Source of the DNA: Promethearchaeota archaeon
GTDB lineage: Archaea; Asgardarchaeota; Lokiarchaeia; Sigyniarchaeales; SOKP01
Length of the DNA stretch: 64,000 nucleotides
Direction: 5' to 3'
NCBI GenBank assembly: GCA_048939995.1
Contig: JBHLOY010000011.1
Span: 1-64,000, forward strand
Positions within the stretch are counted from its first letter, which is position 1; each line of letters opens with the position of its first letter. Both the position numbers and the translations under genes were made by a program. Positions 39,154 to 49,261 of the stretch are shown piece after piece. The notes below the pieces were generated by a model, which searched no databases, was not told where the DNA came from, and was given only the letters and a program-made list of their open reading frames with translations.

Positions 39154-41454
39154 ATGTATAATGAGGAATTTAAATTTAAAGATAGAACTATTGATCTGGT
39201 AGAAACAGAACAATTAGATTCTTCCTTTAAAATAAAATCATATAAAGATAAATTACAATTGATGATCCAAAAGCAAATTCCTCAAAAAAAGATTAAGGTA
39301 GTTATTGAGCATTTCTTTTTAAAAAGTAAACTAATATCTGAGAAAACTAAAGCGTCTATATCGAAGATAATTTACTCCCAAGTTGATCGTATCATTATCG
39401 TTTTCACGAAATCTGGAAAAGATATAATCTATAATCGTGAGAAACTAATTCAAAATTATGGTTGGTTTTTCTATATTGAAAAGCCAGAGAAGAGAAAAAA
39501 AGAAAGTAAGAAAAAAGGAATAAAAGACGAAGAGAAAACTCTTAGTACAGAAACATTCTTTTATAATAATCATTCAATAATACTTAAAGAAAAGAGTAAT
39601 ATGCGCTCTCTTTATAATACAAAAGAATACTTTTATTACAAGAAAATCTTGAATTCAAAAGAAATCATCCAAATGCCGATCAAAGATGTTCTAGATGATT
39701 TTTTTCTCGAAAATGACAAAGTACCCGTTAAAGAAAAAGAATCTATAAAGAAAATAATTTATTATCAAGAAGAGAAAGTAATTGTCTTCAAATCCTTAAT
39801 TGGAGATATAATGTATGAAAATCTTAAACAACTTGTCAAAAAATATGGTTGGTATTTTTATATTACGGGAGTACCTGTAGGTGAGAGTGAACTCTCCATT
39901 GCTATTGATAAAATAGAAAAAAGATATGATAATACATATTTTAATAATGTATCTCTTGTTGATGGATTAAATAATTCCGAGGATATATGTCTAACTATTT
40001 ATCCTATTGTACTTAAACCAAATCACAATTGCCACATCTTGGGATTAGGAAATTTAAATATTTTACTAGATTGTGGATTAACAGAGCCTAATGAGGAAGA
40101 AAAAATTGAAGGGGACTTAAGATATATAGAGTTCTATTTGAAAAATTATTATAATTTAATAGAAGAAGAAAAAAATTTTGAGAACCAAGAAATTGATAAT
40201 AAAAAGATAATAAAGGAACATAATAAAAACAACATTAAACCTCCTAATGAACCTAAAATTGATGCGATATATATTTCTCATAGTCATTTCGATCATGTAT
40301 CTGGTTTAAAAGAATTGATTAAACGTTATCCTGATATACCTATCTTATGTTCAAGGATCACTCTTGATTTATATCTACTTCGGGACTCTAATTTCTTAAA
40401 GCAAGAATCACAGAATGAAATTGAAGAAGATGATTATAAAAACATTATAAGGAATGTTATTTACGTCGAAAATGGTACAAAATTAAAATTTAAGGATAAA
40501 GGATGTTATCTCTCTTTTTATCATGGAGGTCATATGCCTGGAGCTTTAATGATTCTGGCAAAGGTAAAAGATTTTAGATTTCTATACACGGGTGATTATA
40601 CTTATTATGATATTACCCCCTTTGCTGGCACCAGAAGATTTCTAGGACAACTCTCTAGACCTATAGATTATCTTCTCATTGATGGAACTAGCGCTCGTGA
40701 AGATTTTGGTAATTTATCAGATCAATTTCATAGCCTTATTCTCTTCTTAGAGCAAAAAGCAGAATATGAAGATAACGTACTAATTGGAGCAGATCCTTCA
40801 AGTCTGGCGATTACATTTATGTTGATTTTTTGGAGGTATTTTAGAAAACTACAACTAAGAAGAGATTTTAAGAAACGCCCGAATATATACGTCGACATGA
40901 TGGTTCGCAAAAACATCCAAGTTATTAACCATAGATATGAATATATATATGGACCAATCTCCAATTTGATTCGTGAAAAAGCAAATCCATTTAATAGTAT
41001 TAAGTTTAGATGGTTTAATCTTGAAGATTTAGACTTTTTAAGAGAGAAAAATAATATCATTATATCCCATCCTCCTGATCTTTCTTATGGAATTATCAGG
41101 AACATTATAAACATCATTGGCCGCAATCCGCATAATCTGGTATTTCTGGCAGGATCTGTCAATGAAAAACCTGGTGAGGATCTTATTAATGGAAGTAATG
41201 AAATAGTTTTCTCAGAAACATGGAGAGTACCTTTTCGAGCATTATTGATTAATACGTTTGTACCATCTCTGAATATTAAACTACATGCAGATAAAAATCA
41301 ATTAACTGAGATGATAAAATATCTTGAACCGAAACATGTATGCTTTTTTCATCAATCCGCGAAAAACCTTGTTGAAGTTGCTGAATATGTAAAACAATTA
41401 GGTGTTGAGAAAGTATCTCTCCCTAAGAAAAGAAAGCTTTCGATAATAAATTAA
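39154..41454 (+). CDS. Metallo-beta-lactamase/beta-CASP ribonuclease-like protein with a duplicated N-terminal domain
   Basis: LLDCG, SHSHFDH, GHMPGA, YTGDY, IDGT and LHAD motifs. Two ~105-aa N-terminal repeats each end in YGW.FYI. Confidence 0.85.
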   Translation: MYNEEFKFKDRTIDLVETEQLDSSFKIKSYKDKLQLMIQKQIPQKKIKVVIEHFFLKSKLISEKTKASISKIIYSQVDRIIIVFTKSGKDIIYNREKLIQNYGWFFYIEKPEKRKKESKKKGIKDEEKTLSTETFFYNNHSIILKEKSNMRSLYNTKEYFYYKKILNSKEIIQMPIKDVLDDFFLENDKVPVKEKESIKKIIYYQEEKVIVFKSLIGDIMYENLKQLVKKYGWYFYITGVPVGESELSIAIDKIEKRYDNTYFNNVSLVDGLNNSEDICLTIYPIVLKPNHNCHILGLGNLNILLDCGLTEPNEEEKIEGDLRYIEFYLKNYYNLIEEEKNFENQEIDNKKIIKEHNKNNIKPPNEPKIDAIYISHSHFDHVSGLKELIKRYPDIPILCSRITLDLYLLRDSNFLKQESQNEIEEDDYKNIIRNVIYVENGTKLKFKDKGCYLSFYHGGHMPGALMILAKVKDFRFLYTGDYTYYDITPFAGTRRFLGQLSRPIDYLLIDGTSAREDFGNLSDQFHSLILFLEQKAEYEDNVLIGADPSSLAITFMLIFWRYFRKLQLRRDFKKRPNIYVDMMVRKNIQVINHRYEYIYGPISNLIREKANPFNSIKFRWFNLEDLDFLREKNNIIISHPPDLSYGIIRNIINIIGRNPHNLVFLAGSVNEKPGEDLINGSNEIVFSETWRVPFRALLINTFVPSLNIKLHADKNQLTEMIKYLEPKHVCFFHQSAKNLVEVAEYVKQLGVEKVSLPKKRKLSIIN

Positions 41455-41534
41455 TTTATCTAAATTAAAGATAATCATTAAAAGTTTAATTTAATAATTC
41501 TTATTTAGATTAAATACAAATAAAGTGATTCTCT

Positions 41535-41912
41535 ATCTATTCAGAAAAAGTTTTAGATCATTTCAAAAATCCTCGAAACATGGGAGAAATGAAGGATGCA
41601 GATGCAATTGGCAAACATGGTAATCCTGTTTGTGGCGATTTGATGTACATATATATCAAGGTAAAGGAAGAAGGTGGAAAGGAAATATTAGAGGATATTT
41701 CTTTCCAAACATTTGGATGTGCTGCGGCTATAGCAACCTCATCGATGATAACTGAGTTAGCAAAAGGTAAAACCCTAGATGAAGCCATAAGGATAACTAG
41801 AGACGATGTGGCTGAGTCATTAGATGGACTTCCTCCTATCAAATTACACTGTAGTAATTTAGCTGCTGATGCTTTACATGATGCGATTGAAAAGTATCGA
41901 AAGAATAAATAG
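41535..41912 (+). CDS. iscU: IscU/NifU Fe-S scaffold protein, ATC start
   Basis: GNPVCGD, TFGCAAAIA and KLHCSNLA motifs. The conserved N-terminus YSEKVLDHFKNPRN lies upstream of ATG 41580 and is preceded only by ATC, with a GTGAT SD 5 nt upstream. Confidence 0.93.
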   Translation: MYSEKVLDHFKNPRNMGEMKDADAIGKHGNPVCGDLMYIYIKVKEEGGKEILEDISFQTFGCAAAIATSSMITELAKGKTLDEAIRITRDDVAESLDGLPPIKLHCSNLAADALHDAIEKYRKNK

Positions 41913-42091
41913 AAACCATGTAAGGTTAAATTAATTGTAATCTGCACTCTATTAATATTTTAGTTATTAAAAATCAAAATATTTGTGAAATTATTAGAAA
42001 TAAAACCATTTTATTTTAGTTTTATAATCAGTATTTATAATAATTTCATTTACTTACTTTTTTATGGGTGTTACTAAATAGGTGAATTTGA

Positions 42092-45000
42092 GTGGAATCT
42101 AAAGAAAAAGTAAAAATAAAACTTGGCGGTATGACATGTGCTTCATGTGCATTAAAAATAGAAACCAAATTGAAAAGTCTCGAAGGAGTTAGTAGTTCAG
42201 TTGTAAATTTTGCTAATGAGGAGGCCACAGTAGAATACAATCCTTCTAAAACAAATTATAACACATTTAATTCTGCTATACGTAACTTGGGATATAAAGC
42301 ATCACTTGCAAAAATGGATCTGAAGGTAGCTGAAAGTGTAAGTATGGACGATTTTAAAAATCTTGAAACTAAAATCTTAAAGATTAATGGTATTAACAGT
42401 ATTAGGAGCAATTTTGAAACTAAGAAGTTCTTTATCGAGTTCAATGAATTAAAAATAACTGAAAATGAAATATTTTCAACAGTTAAAGGTTTTGGCTATA
42501 AAATTGAAAAAGTAGCCGGAGCTATTGATAAAGAAGTTGAACAACACAAAAAAGAAATGAGATACAGGTTAACTCTGCTTATTATTTCAATAATTTTTGC
42601 AGGAATTATTTCACCAATTAATTTTATTGTTCCTTTCTCCTTTACAAGAAATCTTATACTTACAATTTTAGCAACAGCTAACTATGCAATTTCGGGCTCA
42701 TTTTTCTTGAATGGAGCTTATAAATCTCTCAAAAATAAAACAACAAATATGGATGTTCTAATTGTCTTAGGAACCACTACAGCATATGTATATTCATTAT
42801 TGACAACTTTTTTCATTGAAGGTGAAGTCTTTTACGATGCAATGAGTATGATTTTAGCGTTTATTCTAATAGGTAAATATTTAGAACATAAAACGAAGGG
42901 TCAAGCTTCTGAAGCGATAAAAAAATTAATAGGATTACAACCTAAGAATGCAACTTTAATAAAAGATAATCAAGAAATTGAAATTCCAATCGAAGAGATT
43001 GAGATTGGGGATACATTGTTAGTTAGACCGGGTGAAAAAGTTCCAGTAGATGGGACAGTAATTGAAGGTAAAACTAAAGTCGATGAATCAATGATTACAG
43101 GGGAAAGTAAATATGTCAAAAAAGAGATAGGAGATAATGTCATTGGAGCCACGGTAAATCAAACAGGATTAATTAAGATGACAACAGAGAAGATTGGTAA
43201 AGAAACCCTTCTTTTTCAAATTATAAATTTTGTTAAAGAGGCTCAAGCTCGAAAAGGATCAAGACAACGCTTAGCAGATAAAGTAAGTAGTTATTTTGTC
43301 CCTATTGTTATTATTACCGCAATTACTGCTTTTTTAGGTTGGTATTTCTTTGGAGGCCCAGATATTGGACTTGAAGGAGCATTATTGGTTTTTACGTCTA
43401 TTGTAGTTATATCTTGTCCCTGTGCTCTTGGTCTAGCAATCCCAACGGCAATAATGGTTGGAACTGGAAAAGGTGCTGAAAATGGAATTTTAATGAAAGG
43501 AGGAGATTCTTTAGAAGCTGTAAATGATATTAATACAATAGTTTTTGATAAGACAGGTACATTAACGATAGGAAAACCGAAAGTTACTAAAATCTTTTCT
43601 GAAAAAGATTTAAGAAATACCGGATTGAATTCAAGGGATATTCTTTATTTTGCTGGTAGCGCTGAAATGGGATCTGAACATCCACTAGGACAAGCTATAA
43701 TTGAGGAAGCAAACCAAAAAGGTCTATCACTTATAACCCCTAAAGATTTTGACGCTATTCCAGGAAAAGGAATAATTACAAATATAGATAGTAAGCAGAT
43801 TAGAGTAGGTAATGCAAAATTATTTTCGGAAAATCAAATCTCTTTTAATGAATTTAATTCCAAATATAATGAGTATCAGCAAAATGGATATACAACTGTT
43901 TTAGTTGGCATAGATGATGAAGTTAAAGGATTAATTGGTATAGCTGATAAAGTGAAAGATCAAGCTCCATACGCTTTAGAAAAACTGAGAGAAAAAGGTT
44001 TAGAAATCTACATGTTAACTGGTGATAATATACAAACAGCATTAAGTATTGGAAAAGAGTTAAATTTTGATTCAAACCATATATTAGCAGAAATATTGCC
44101 TAATGAAAAGGCTCTTACAATAAAAAAGATTCAAGAATCTGCGGAAAAAGTAAAAGTGGCAATGGTTGGGGATGGCATAAATGACGCTCCTGCATTAGCA
44201 CAGGCAGATGTTGGAATAGCAGTCGGATCAGGAACTGATGTAGCAATTGAGACCGCTGATATTGTGCTTATGAGAGGAGATTTAAGAAATGTAGTTGCGG
44301 CAATTAATTTATCTCAGAAAATATATCGAAAAATGATAACAAATCTATTTTGGGCATTTATATATAATATTATTGGAATTCCACTAGCAGCTGGGTTATT
44401 ATATGCGTTTACTGGATTTTTCCTTCCTCCATATTTAGCTGCCATATTTATGGCTTCAAGTTCTGTTTCGGTCGTTACAAATGCGTTGTTTTTAAAAAGG
44501 TATGAACCAAAAACTAAACAACAAATCGAAGAAATGAAACTTTTAACTGAAAAGAGAGTAATAGATCCTATATGCGGAATGGAAATTATTCCCAGTCAAT
44601 CAATTGAATACAAATATAATGGAAAAGAATATTATTTCTGTAGTGCAGTATGTGAAAAAGAATTTAAATCAAATCCAGAAAAATATGCTACCTTTGAAAA
44701 TATTAATCCAAAACTTATGCAAAAATCAACAGATTCATCAATATTGGTAACTGATCCTGTTTGTGGAATGACCGGAAAACCAGAAGATTGGATTGAATAT
44801 GAATATTTGGGTAAAAATTATTATTTTTGCAATCAATCTTGTTTAACAGAATTTAAAAATATTCCTGAAAAATTCATTTCTAATAACCAAGATTCTGAAA
44901 AAAATATTAATCAATTACAAAAGGAGGAAATTAAAAAAATGGCAAAATTAATATGTGATGAATGTGGATTCGAACAAACAATCCCAATGCATTGTGGTAA

Positions 45001-45106
45001 ACCAATGCATCAAGAAGGAGACCAACTAGTTTGCTGGATGGGTGATTCTTGTGGTTCTGAACCTATTCCTAAGCATCATGGTAAGGCTATGAAATTAGTT
45101 CAATAA
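42092..45106 (+). CDS. copA: Cu(+)-translocating P1B-type ATPase with two N-terminal HMA-like domains, two C-terminal YHS/TRASH domains and a terminal Cys/His module
   Basis: [31 protein letters not shown] and MASSS motifs; DPICGM..YYFC and DPVCGM..YYFC. Confidence 0.95.
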   Translation: MESKEKVKIKLGGMTCASCALKIETKLKSLEGVSSSVVNFANEEATVEYNPSKTNYNTFNSAIRNLGYKASLAKMDLKVAESVSMDDFKNLETKILKINGINSIRSNFETKKFFIEFNELKITENEIFSTVKGFGYKIEKVAGAIDKEVEQHKKEMRYRLTLLIISIIFAGIISPINFIVPFSFTRNLILTILATANYAISGSFFLNGAYKSLKNKTTNMDVLIVLGTTTAYVYSLLTTFFIEGEVFYDAMSMILAFILIGKYLEHKTKGQASEAIKKLIGLQPKNATLIKDNQEIEIPIEEIEIGDTLLVRPGEKVPVDGTVIEGKTKVDESMITGESKYVKKEIGDNVIGATVNQTGLIKMTTEKIGKETLLFQIINFVKEAQARKGSRQRLADKVSSYFVPIVIITAITAFLGWYFFGGPDIGLEGALLVFTSIVVISCPCALGLAIPTAIMVGTGKGAENGILMKGGDSLEAVNDINTIVFDKTGTLTIGKPKVTKIFSEKDLRNTGLNSRDILYFAGSAEMGSEHPLGQAIIEEANQKGLSLITPKDFDAIPGKGIITNIDSKQIRVGNAKLFSENQISFNEFNSKYNEYQQNGYTTVLVGIDDEVKGLIGIADKVKDQAPYALEKLREKGLEIYMLTGDNIQTALSIGKELNFDSNHILAEILPNEKALTIKKIQESAEKVKVAMVGDGINDAPALAQADVGIAVGSGTDVAIETADIVLMRGDLRNVVAAINLSQKIYRKMITNLFWAFIYNIIGIPLAAGLLYAFTGFFLPPYLAAIFMASSSVSVVTNALFLKRYEPKTKQQIEEMKLLTEKRVIDPICGMEIIPSQSIEYKYNGKEYYFCSAVCEKEFKSNPEKYATFENINPKLMQKSTDSSILVTDPVCGMTGKPEDWIEYEYLGKNYYFCNQSCLTEFKNIPEKFISNNQDSEKNINQLQKEEIKKMAKLICDECGFEQTIPMHCGKPMHQEGDQLVCWMGDSCGSEPIPKHHGKAMKLVQ
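44921..44941 (+). promoter_or_regulatory. Internal Shine-Dalgarno (AAGGAGG) and in-frame ATG 44939 inside copA
   Basis: Same SD context as the dodecin gene. It precedes a self-contained 55-aa Cys/His module. Confidence 0.55.
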
Positions 45107-45111
45107 TTTAT

Positions 45112-46386
45112 TTAACTTTTTTTTCTAATTTTCAACCAAACTTCTAATAGTATAAATATTAAAAGTCCTATTCCCGTAAGTATTGCTGCTACTATAAATG
45201 AGACCTGATATGCAAAATTTTCTCCTATATTTAGTGTAATTATATCTATAAGTGGTCCAGATAGAATTGTAGAAGGTAATCCCCAAGAAAGGAAAAAAGT
45301 GGCATTATACAATCCAAATAGTTTAGCTCGTACTTTTTCTGGAATTAAATTCGATGCAATTGTATAAGAAGAAGCTGAAATGATTACTTCACCTGCTCCA
45401 ATAAAAAAACTACCCATAAAGATTAAAAATACACTCGATGTTAAAGCAGTGATAATTAGAGCAATAATGGCTAAAAGAATGCCGAAAATTAGCGTTCTGG
45501 AATGACCTAATTTTCTACTTAAAAAAGCAGCACAAAATCCAATGATTATGACTGCTACAGAGCGCGTATTAGCAATAAATCCTATTACTACAGAATCTAA
45601 ATTAAAACCTGAAGGCAAAGAAAGGAATGGACTATATGTTGTAGCTATTGAATTTCGTCCGAAATTAATAAAGAATAAAGCTAAAATGAATATTGAAAAA
45701 ATAATTTTATATTTGGATTTAAATTTATTATTTCTGCTTTCTTCACCTTTGTACGCTCCCATACTTTTATGAATACCTCCTTCAGGAGCTAATAACATAG
45801 GAAAAGTCGAGATAAACATTACTGAGGATGCTATTATAAAAAGCATTCCATTTCTGAATCCAAAACCATTATCATAAAGATATCCTCCTATAATAACACC
45901 AATTATCCTTCCAAGACCACCAATACTGGTTAGTTGCCCTATAATACGACTTCTATCATGCGATGGATAAATATCGCTTATAAGAGCACTCCATCCAATA
46001 TTAGACATAGACCAAAAGGCTTCAATACAAGTTAACCCAATAATAATAACTAAACCTGCGAGAAATAAATTATCGAATCCATAATGAATAAACCAAACAA
46101 GAATAGTTCCTATTCCTGCCAATATTTCACCCAGAATTATTAATGTTCGACGCTTCTGGAATCTATCACTAAGGGGTCCCCACACTACATTTTGGAAGAA
46201 TACACTCATTATCATAGGCAAAGTTGCATAAAGTGTAACAAGAGTCATAGAAAGAAATAAAAAGTATCTCATATACAGTGATAAAAAAGTGTAAAACAAA
46301 CCTCTTCTAAACATTGCTAGTATTTGAAAAGATGACAATCCCAGAAAGGTTTTTGTTAGGTTTTTCTTTATCTTGTTTAATACCAC
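45112..46386 (-). CDS. MFS transporter
   Basis: WGPLSDRFQKRR motif A and about 12 TM segments. Confidence 0.9.
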   Translation of the reverse strand: MVLNKIKKNLTKTFLGLSSFQILAMFRRGLFYTFLSLYMRYFLFLSMTLVTLYATLPMIMSVFFQNVVWGPLSDRFQKRRTLIILGEILAGIGTILVWFIHYGFDNLFLAGLVIIIGLTCIEAFWSMSNIGWSALISDIYPSHDRSRIIGQLTSIGGLGRIIGVIIGGYLYDNGFGFRNGMLFIIASSVMFISTFPMLLAPEGGIHKSMGAYKGEESRNNKFKSKYKIIFSIFILALFFINFGRNSIATTYSPFLSLPSGFNLDSVVIGFIANTRSVAVIIIGFCAAFLSRKLGHSRTLIFGILLAIIALIITALTSSVFLIFMGSFFIGAGEVIISASSYTIASNLIPEKVRAKLFGLYNATFFLSWGLPSTILSGPLIDIITLNIGENFAYQVSFIVAAILTGIGLLIFILLEVWLKIRKKS

Positions 46387-46496
46387 TCTAAATATCTCGA
46401 GAAAATAGATTAAAAATTAAAACATTAAAATATTGAATACTTCTTGAATTTTTACGAAAAATTTTATCTTCCCATTTTTGAAAAATTAGAATAATT

Positions 46497-48809
46497 TTAC
46501 GCAAAAATATCTATTTCTTTTTTTGGAAAAATAGCAAAAATCTTAGATATTGATTTTCCAGATAATAACTTCTCTTGAATTTCAGAATAATTTGGAAAAT
46601 ACTCATGCAAAATTTTATAAATATTTTTCCATTGTCGTTGCTTTTCGGTTCTACCTTCTAATCGTTTTCTTATTTTAGAAAATTGAGCTTTTGATTTCTT
46701 CCTTTTAAGATTCCTTATAAATTGTTTTACTATTTCCATCTTTTCTTTTTCAAATTCTTTTGGTCTAAAATTAGCATATGAATAAGCCAAAACCTCATCT
46801 GAAATGGGAGAGAAACTGATAATTTTATCCTCAGGCTCATTGGGATTTTTTAAGAGTCTTAATTCAATATTTTGTTCATTAATAGTCTCAAGTATTGGGT
46901 AAAGTTCTCCAGGTGTAATTTTTGTTTTTAACTGAATTTCTGAAGCTATTTCAGATATGGGAAATTGGAATTTTGGGTATTTGTCTTCATTTTCCATTCG
47001 ATAAATGTATTCATTCTTTAAGATATCAATAATGGAATCCTTTAAAGAGTCTGGAACATCTTTTTCTGTAAAAGAAATTATTGATTCTTTTTGTTTTTTC
47101 TCAGTCACCCTTTCTTCTCTTAGTTTCTTGCTATATGTACTTGTAAGTGAGGATACAAAAATATCTGAAGCTTTATCTTGTTCTGAGCCTTTATTTAACT
47201 TAAATAAATCCGGAGATTTTTTTTTCATTGTTTCATATAATCTCTCAGATAAGTAAGATTTTGCTTTTTTCTGTGCTATTTCCTTCTTATCGAATTTTTC
47301 TATAACTGATACAAAATCTATAAATTTTTGAATCACACCATAATCATCCTTCACCTTTCTAATGAGAACGTCGATATCACCATCAACTAATTCATTAATA
47401 AGTGAATAAATAGCATTTTTAGGGAGATTCGTTGCTTTTATTAACTCTCGATCCATAATTTCAATAGGATAAGCTTCCCCCCTTCGGATATATTCACTTT
47501 TTAATAACTTGTATATGATTTCCATTTTTTCCTCTTCTCTATTAATAGTTTCTTTTTGTAATCGAATAAACATAGAAGTTTCATGTGGTTTTATATAATA
47601 TCCTAATAGAGTAAAACCTAGAAATAAAATCATAAGAATTGAAACAACATATTTATCAAACATTAAAAAATTTCCGATAATGCTCATTTCTTGGTTGGAA
47701 ATTTGGGCTTCTAATCCAAAGCGAGTTAATGTTTGAGCTACAACGCATCCTAAGATCAACATTATCAACCCATCTCTCTTAAACACAAAGATTTGCCATC
47801 CAAGAGATCTCCCTAGTTTTAATATGATCCTATATAAAAATAGCATAGAAATTATAAATTCAAAAATAAAAATAAAGGAAACTGTAGAACTAGTAGCACC
47901 AACTTTAGCTTTTAAAGCGTCTATAGTTTCTGGTCTTAATATTAAGAAAATACTTACCTGAAATATTTGAAAGAAGAAAATAAAGAAAACAATTAATGAA
48001 AAAGTATAATTATCATACACTCCTGCTCTTTTTGTTTCTGCCTTTCTACGAGTGAATATAAATTCAAAGAAAATGAATAATAGTGTCATTATAAGACTGA
48101 AATAAATCAATGGCATTACTAGTCTCATTTCTGTTTGATATACTTCAACAGCTTCTTGAGGAGCTGTGGATCCTAGAAAGTCTAAAGATAGAAATACTAG
48201 TAAGAGTCGATAAAACAAAGCTAATAAAATTAATGAACCTACAATTAAATAAGGAGAGATTCCAGCTAAAAATTTTCGCGTTGTTGAATATTTTGCTATA
48301 AGTTTTGCTTCTAATCTCGTAGCGAATTTTCTGGAATACATATAAAACCTAGCACTCAGTAAAATCAGCCAAATTGTAGATAACAGAAACAAATAAGTCA
48401 TAAAGTTTAAGTTTGTTGAAAATAGATATAGAAAAAGCAAATAAAATATAACTCCTGCTCCTATATAAATAATCAATTGCTTAATCGCCGAATGTTCTTC
48501 AAAAATGAAATGTCTTATCTTATTATGACTGTAAAGAAAAGATAAAAGAATAAATAAAGCAACGATAGTATTTCCAATTAGGAATACTTGTTCAAAAAGT
48601 AATGGAAATGTTATTTCGGATATATTCATTAAAATTAATAATAGTAAAGATATTAAAATAAACATACTATAAATTCCTAAAAATTTTTTACTGAAAGCAT
48701 AAGATTTAGGAGGTTCCTTTCCTTCAACATAAATCTCCTTAATGAATAATCTATTGTAAATTGGTTTTAACTTCTTTCTAATGTTAAGCAGTATCCGTTT
48801 AGATTTCAT
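46497..48809 (-). CDS. Polytopic membrane protein with C-terminal cytoplasmic wHTH-like repeats
   Basis: About 10 TM segments, then two related units (LLKSEYIRR..YPIEI / ILKNEYIYR..FPISEI). Confidence 0.72.
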   Translation of the reverse strand: MKSKRILLNIRKKLKPIYNRLFIKEIYVEGKEPPKSYAFSKKFLGIYSMFILISLLLLILMNISEITFPLLFEQVFLIGNTIVALFILLSFLYSHNKIRHFIFEEHSAIKQLIIYIGAGVIFYLLFLYLFSTNLNFMTYLFLLSTIWLILLSARFYMYSRKFATRLEAKLIAKYSTTRKFLAGISPYLIVGSLILLALFYRLLLVFLSLDFLGSTAPQEAVEVYQTEMRLVMPLIYFSLIMTLLFIFFEFIFTRRKAETKRAGVYDNYTFSLIVFFIFFFQIFQVSIFLILRPETIDALKAKVGATSSTVSFIFIFEFIISMLFLYRIILKLGRSLGWQIFVFKRDGLIMLILGCVVAQTLTRFGLEAQISNQEMSIIGNFLMFDKYVVSILMILFLGFTLLGYYIKPHETSMFIRLQKETINREEEKMEIIYKLLKSEYIRRGEAYPIEIMDRELIKATNLPKNAIYSLINELVDGDIDVLIRKVKDDYGVIQKFIDFVSVIEKFDKKEIAQKKAKSYLSERLYETMKKKSPDLFKLNKGSEQDKASDIFVSSLTSTYSKKLREERVTEKKQKESIISFTEKDVPDSLKDSIIDILKNEYIYRMENEDKYPKFQFPISEIASEIQLKTKITPGELYPILETINEQNIELRLLKNPNEPEDKIISFSPISDEVLAYSYANFRPKEFEKEKMEIVKQFIRNLKRKKSKAQFSKIRKRLEGRTEKQRQWKNIYKILHEYFPNYSEIQEKLLSGKSISKIFAIFPKKEIDIFA

Positions 48810-48938
48810 AGTAAAGAGAATATTTAATTTAAATTTATATAAATGATTTTTTTCTTTTATAAATTAGTATCTTTATGGTCTAAAAAATGTCCTTTAGATA
48901 AAGTCTTTTTAATAAAGTAAAAAAGTTGAAAGCTTAAG

Positions 48939-49250
48939 TTGAAACTTTTAAAAATATTCAAAAATAATAATAATATGAGCATGGAAAACCAGCAAGATAA
49001 AGATACGATCTTAAAATTTGTCAAACAAGCAATTGAGATGCTCTGTGAAAAAAATATTTCTGAGGTAGTTATACTTTCTTCTTATAAAATTAACTCTATT
49101 CTAAAAGAAAATTATGGAGTTGATATTAGAGTTGATAAGATCGGCAGAATTTTGAGTAATATCGCCGAAAGAAATCAATTAAAAAGATTAAACACTAACA
49201 TACCAAAATACAAGTTAAAAATTTCTAAACTTTCATCATTGCAATTTTAA
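48939..49250 (+). CDS. Small winged-helix-like protein
   Basis: LSSYKINSILKENYGVDIRVDKIGRILSNI pattern. The real start is probably an internal ATG. Confidence 0.55.
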   Translation: MKLLKIFKNNNNMSMENQQDKDTILKFVKQAIEMLCEKNISEVVILSSYKINSILKENYGVDIRVDKIGRILSNIAERNQLKRLNTNIPKYKLKISKLSSLQF

Positions 49251-49261
49251 AAATAGATTTC

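Noticed and set aside
41526-41537. In-frame TGA upstream of iscU (and of the permease near 32450) as a selenocysteine codon
   Set aside because: The TGA is part of the GTGAT Shine-Dalgarno and lies upstream of the conserved N-terminus, not at a Cys-equivalent position.
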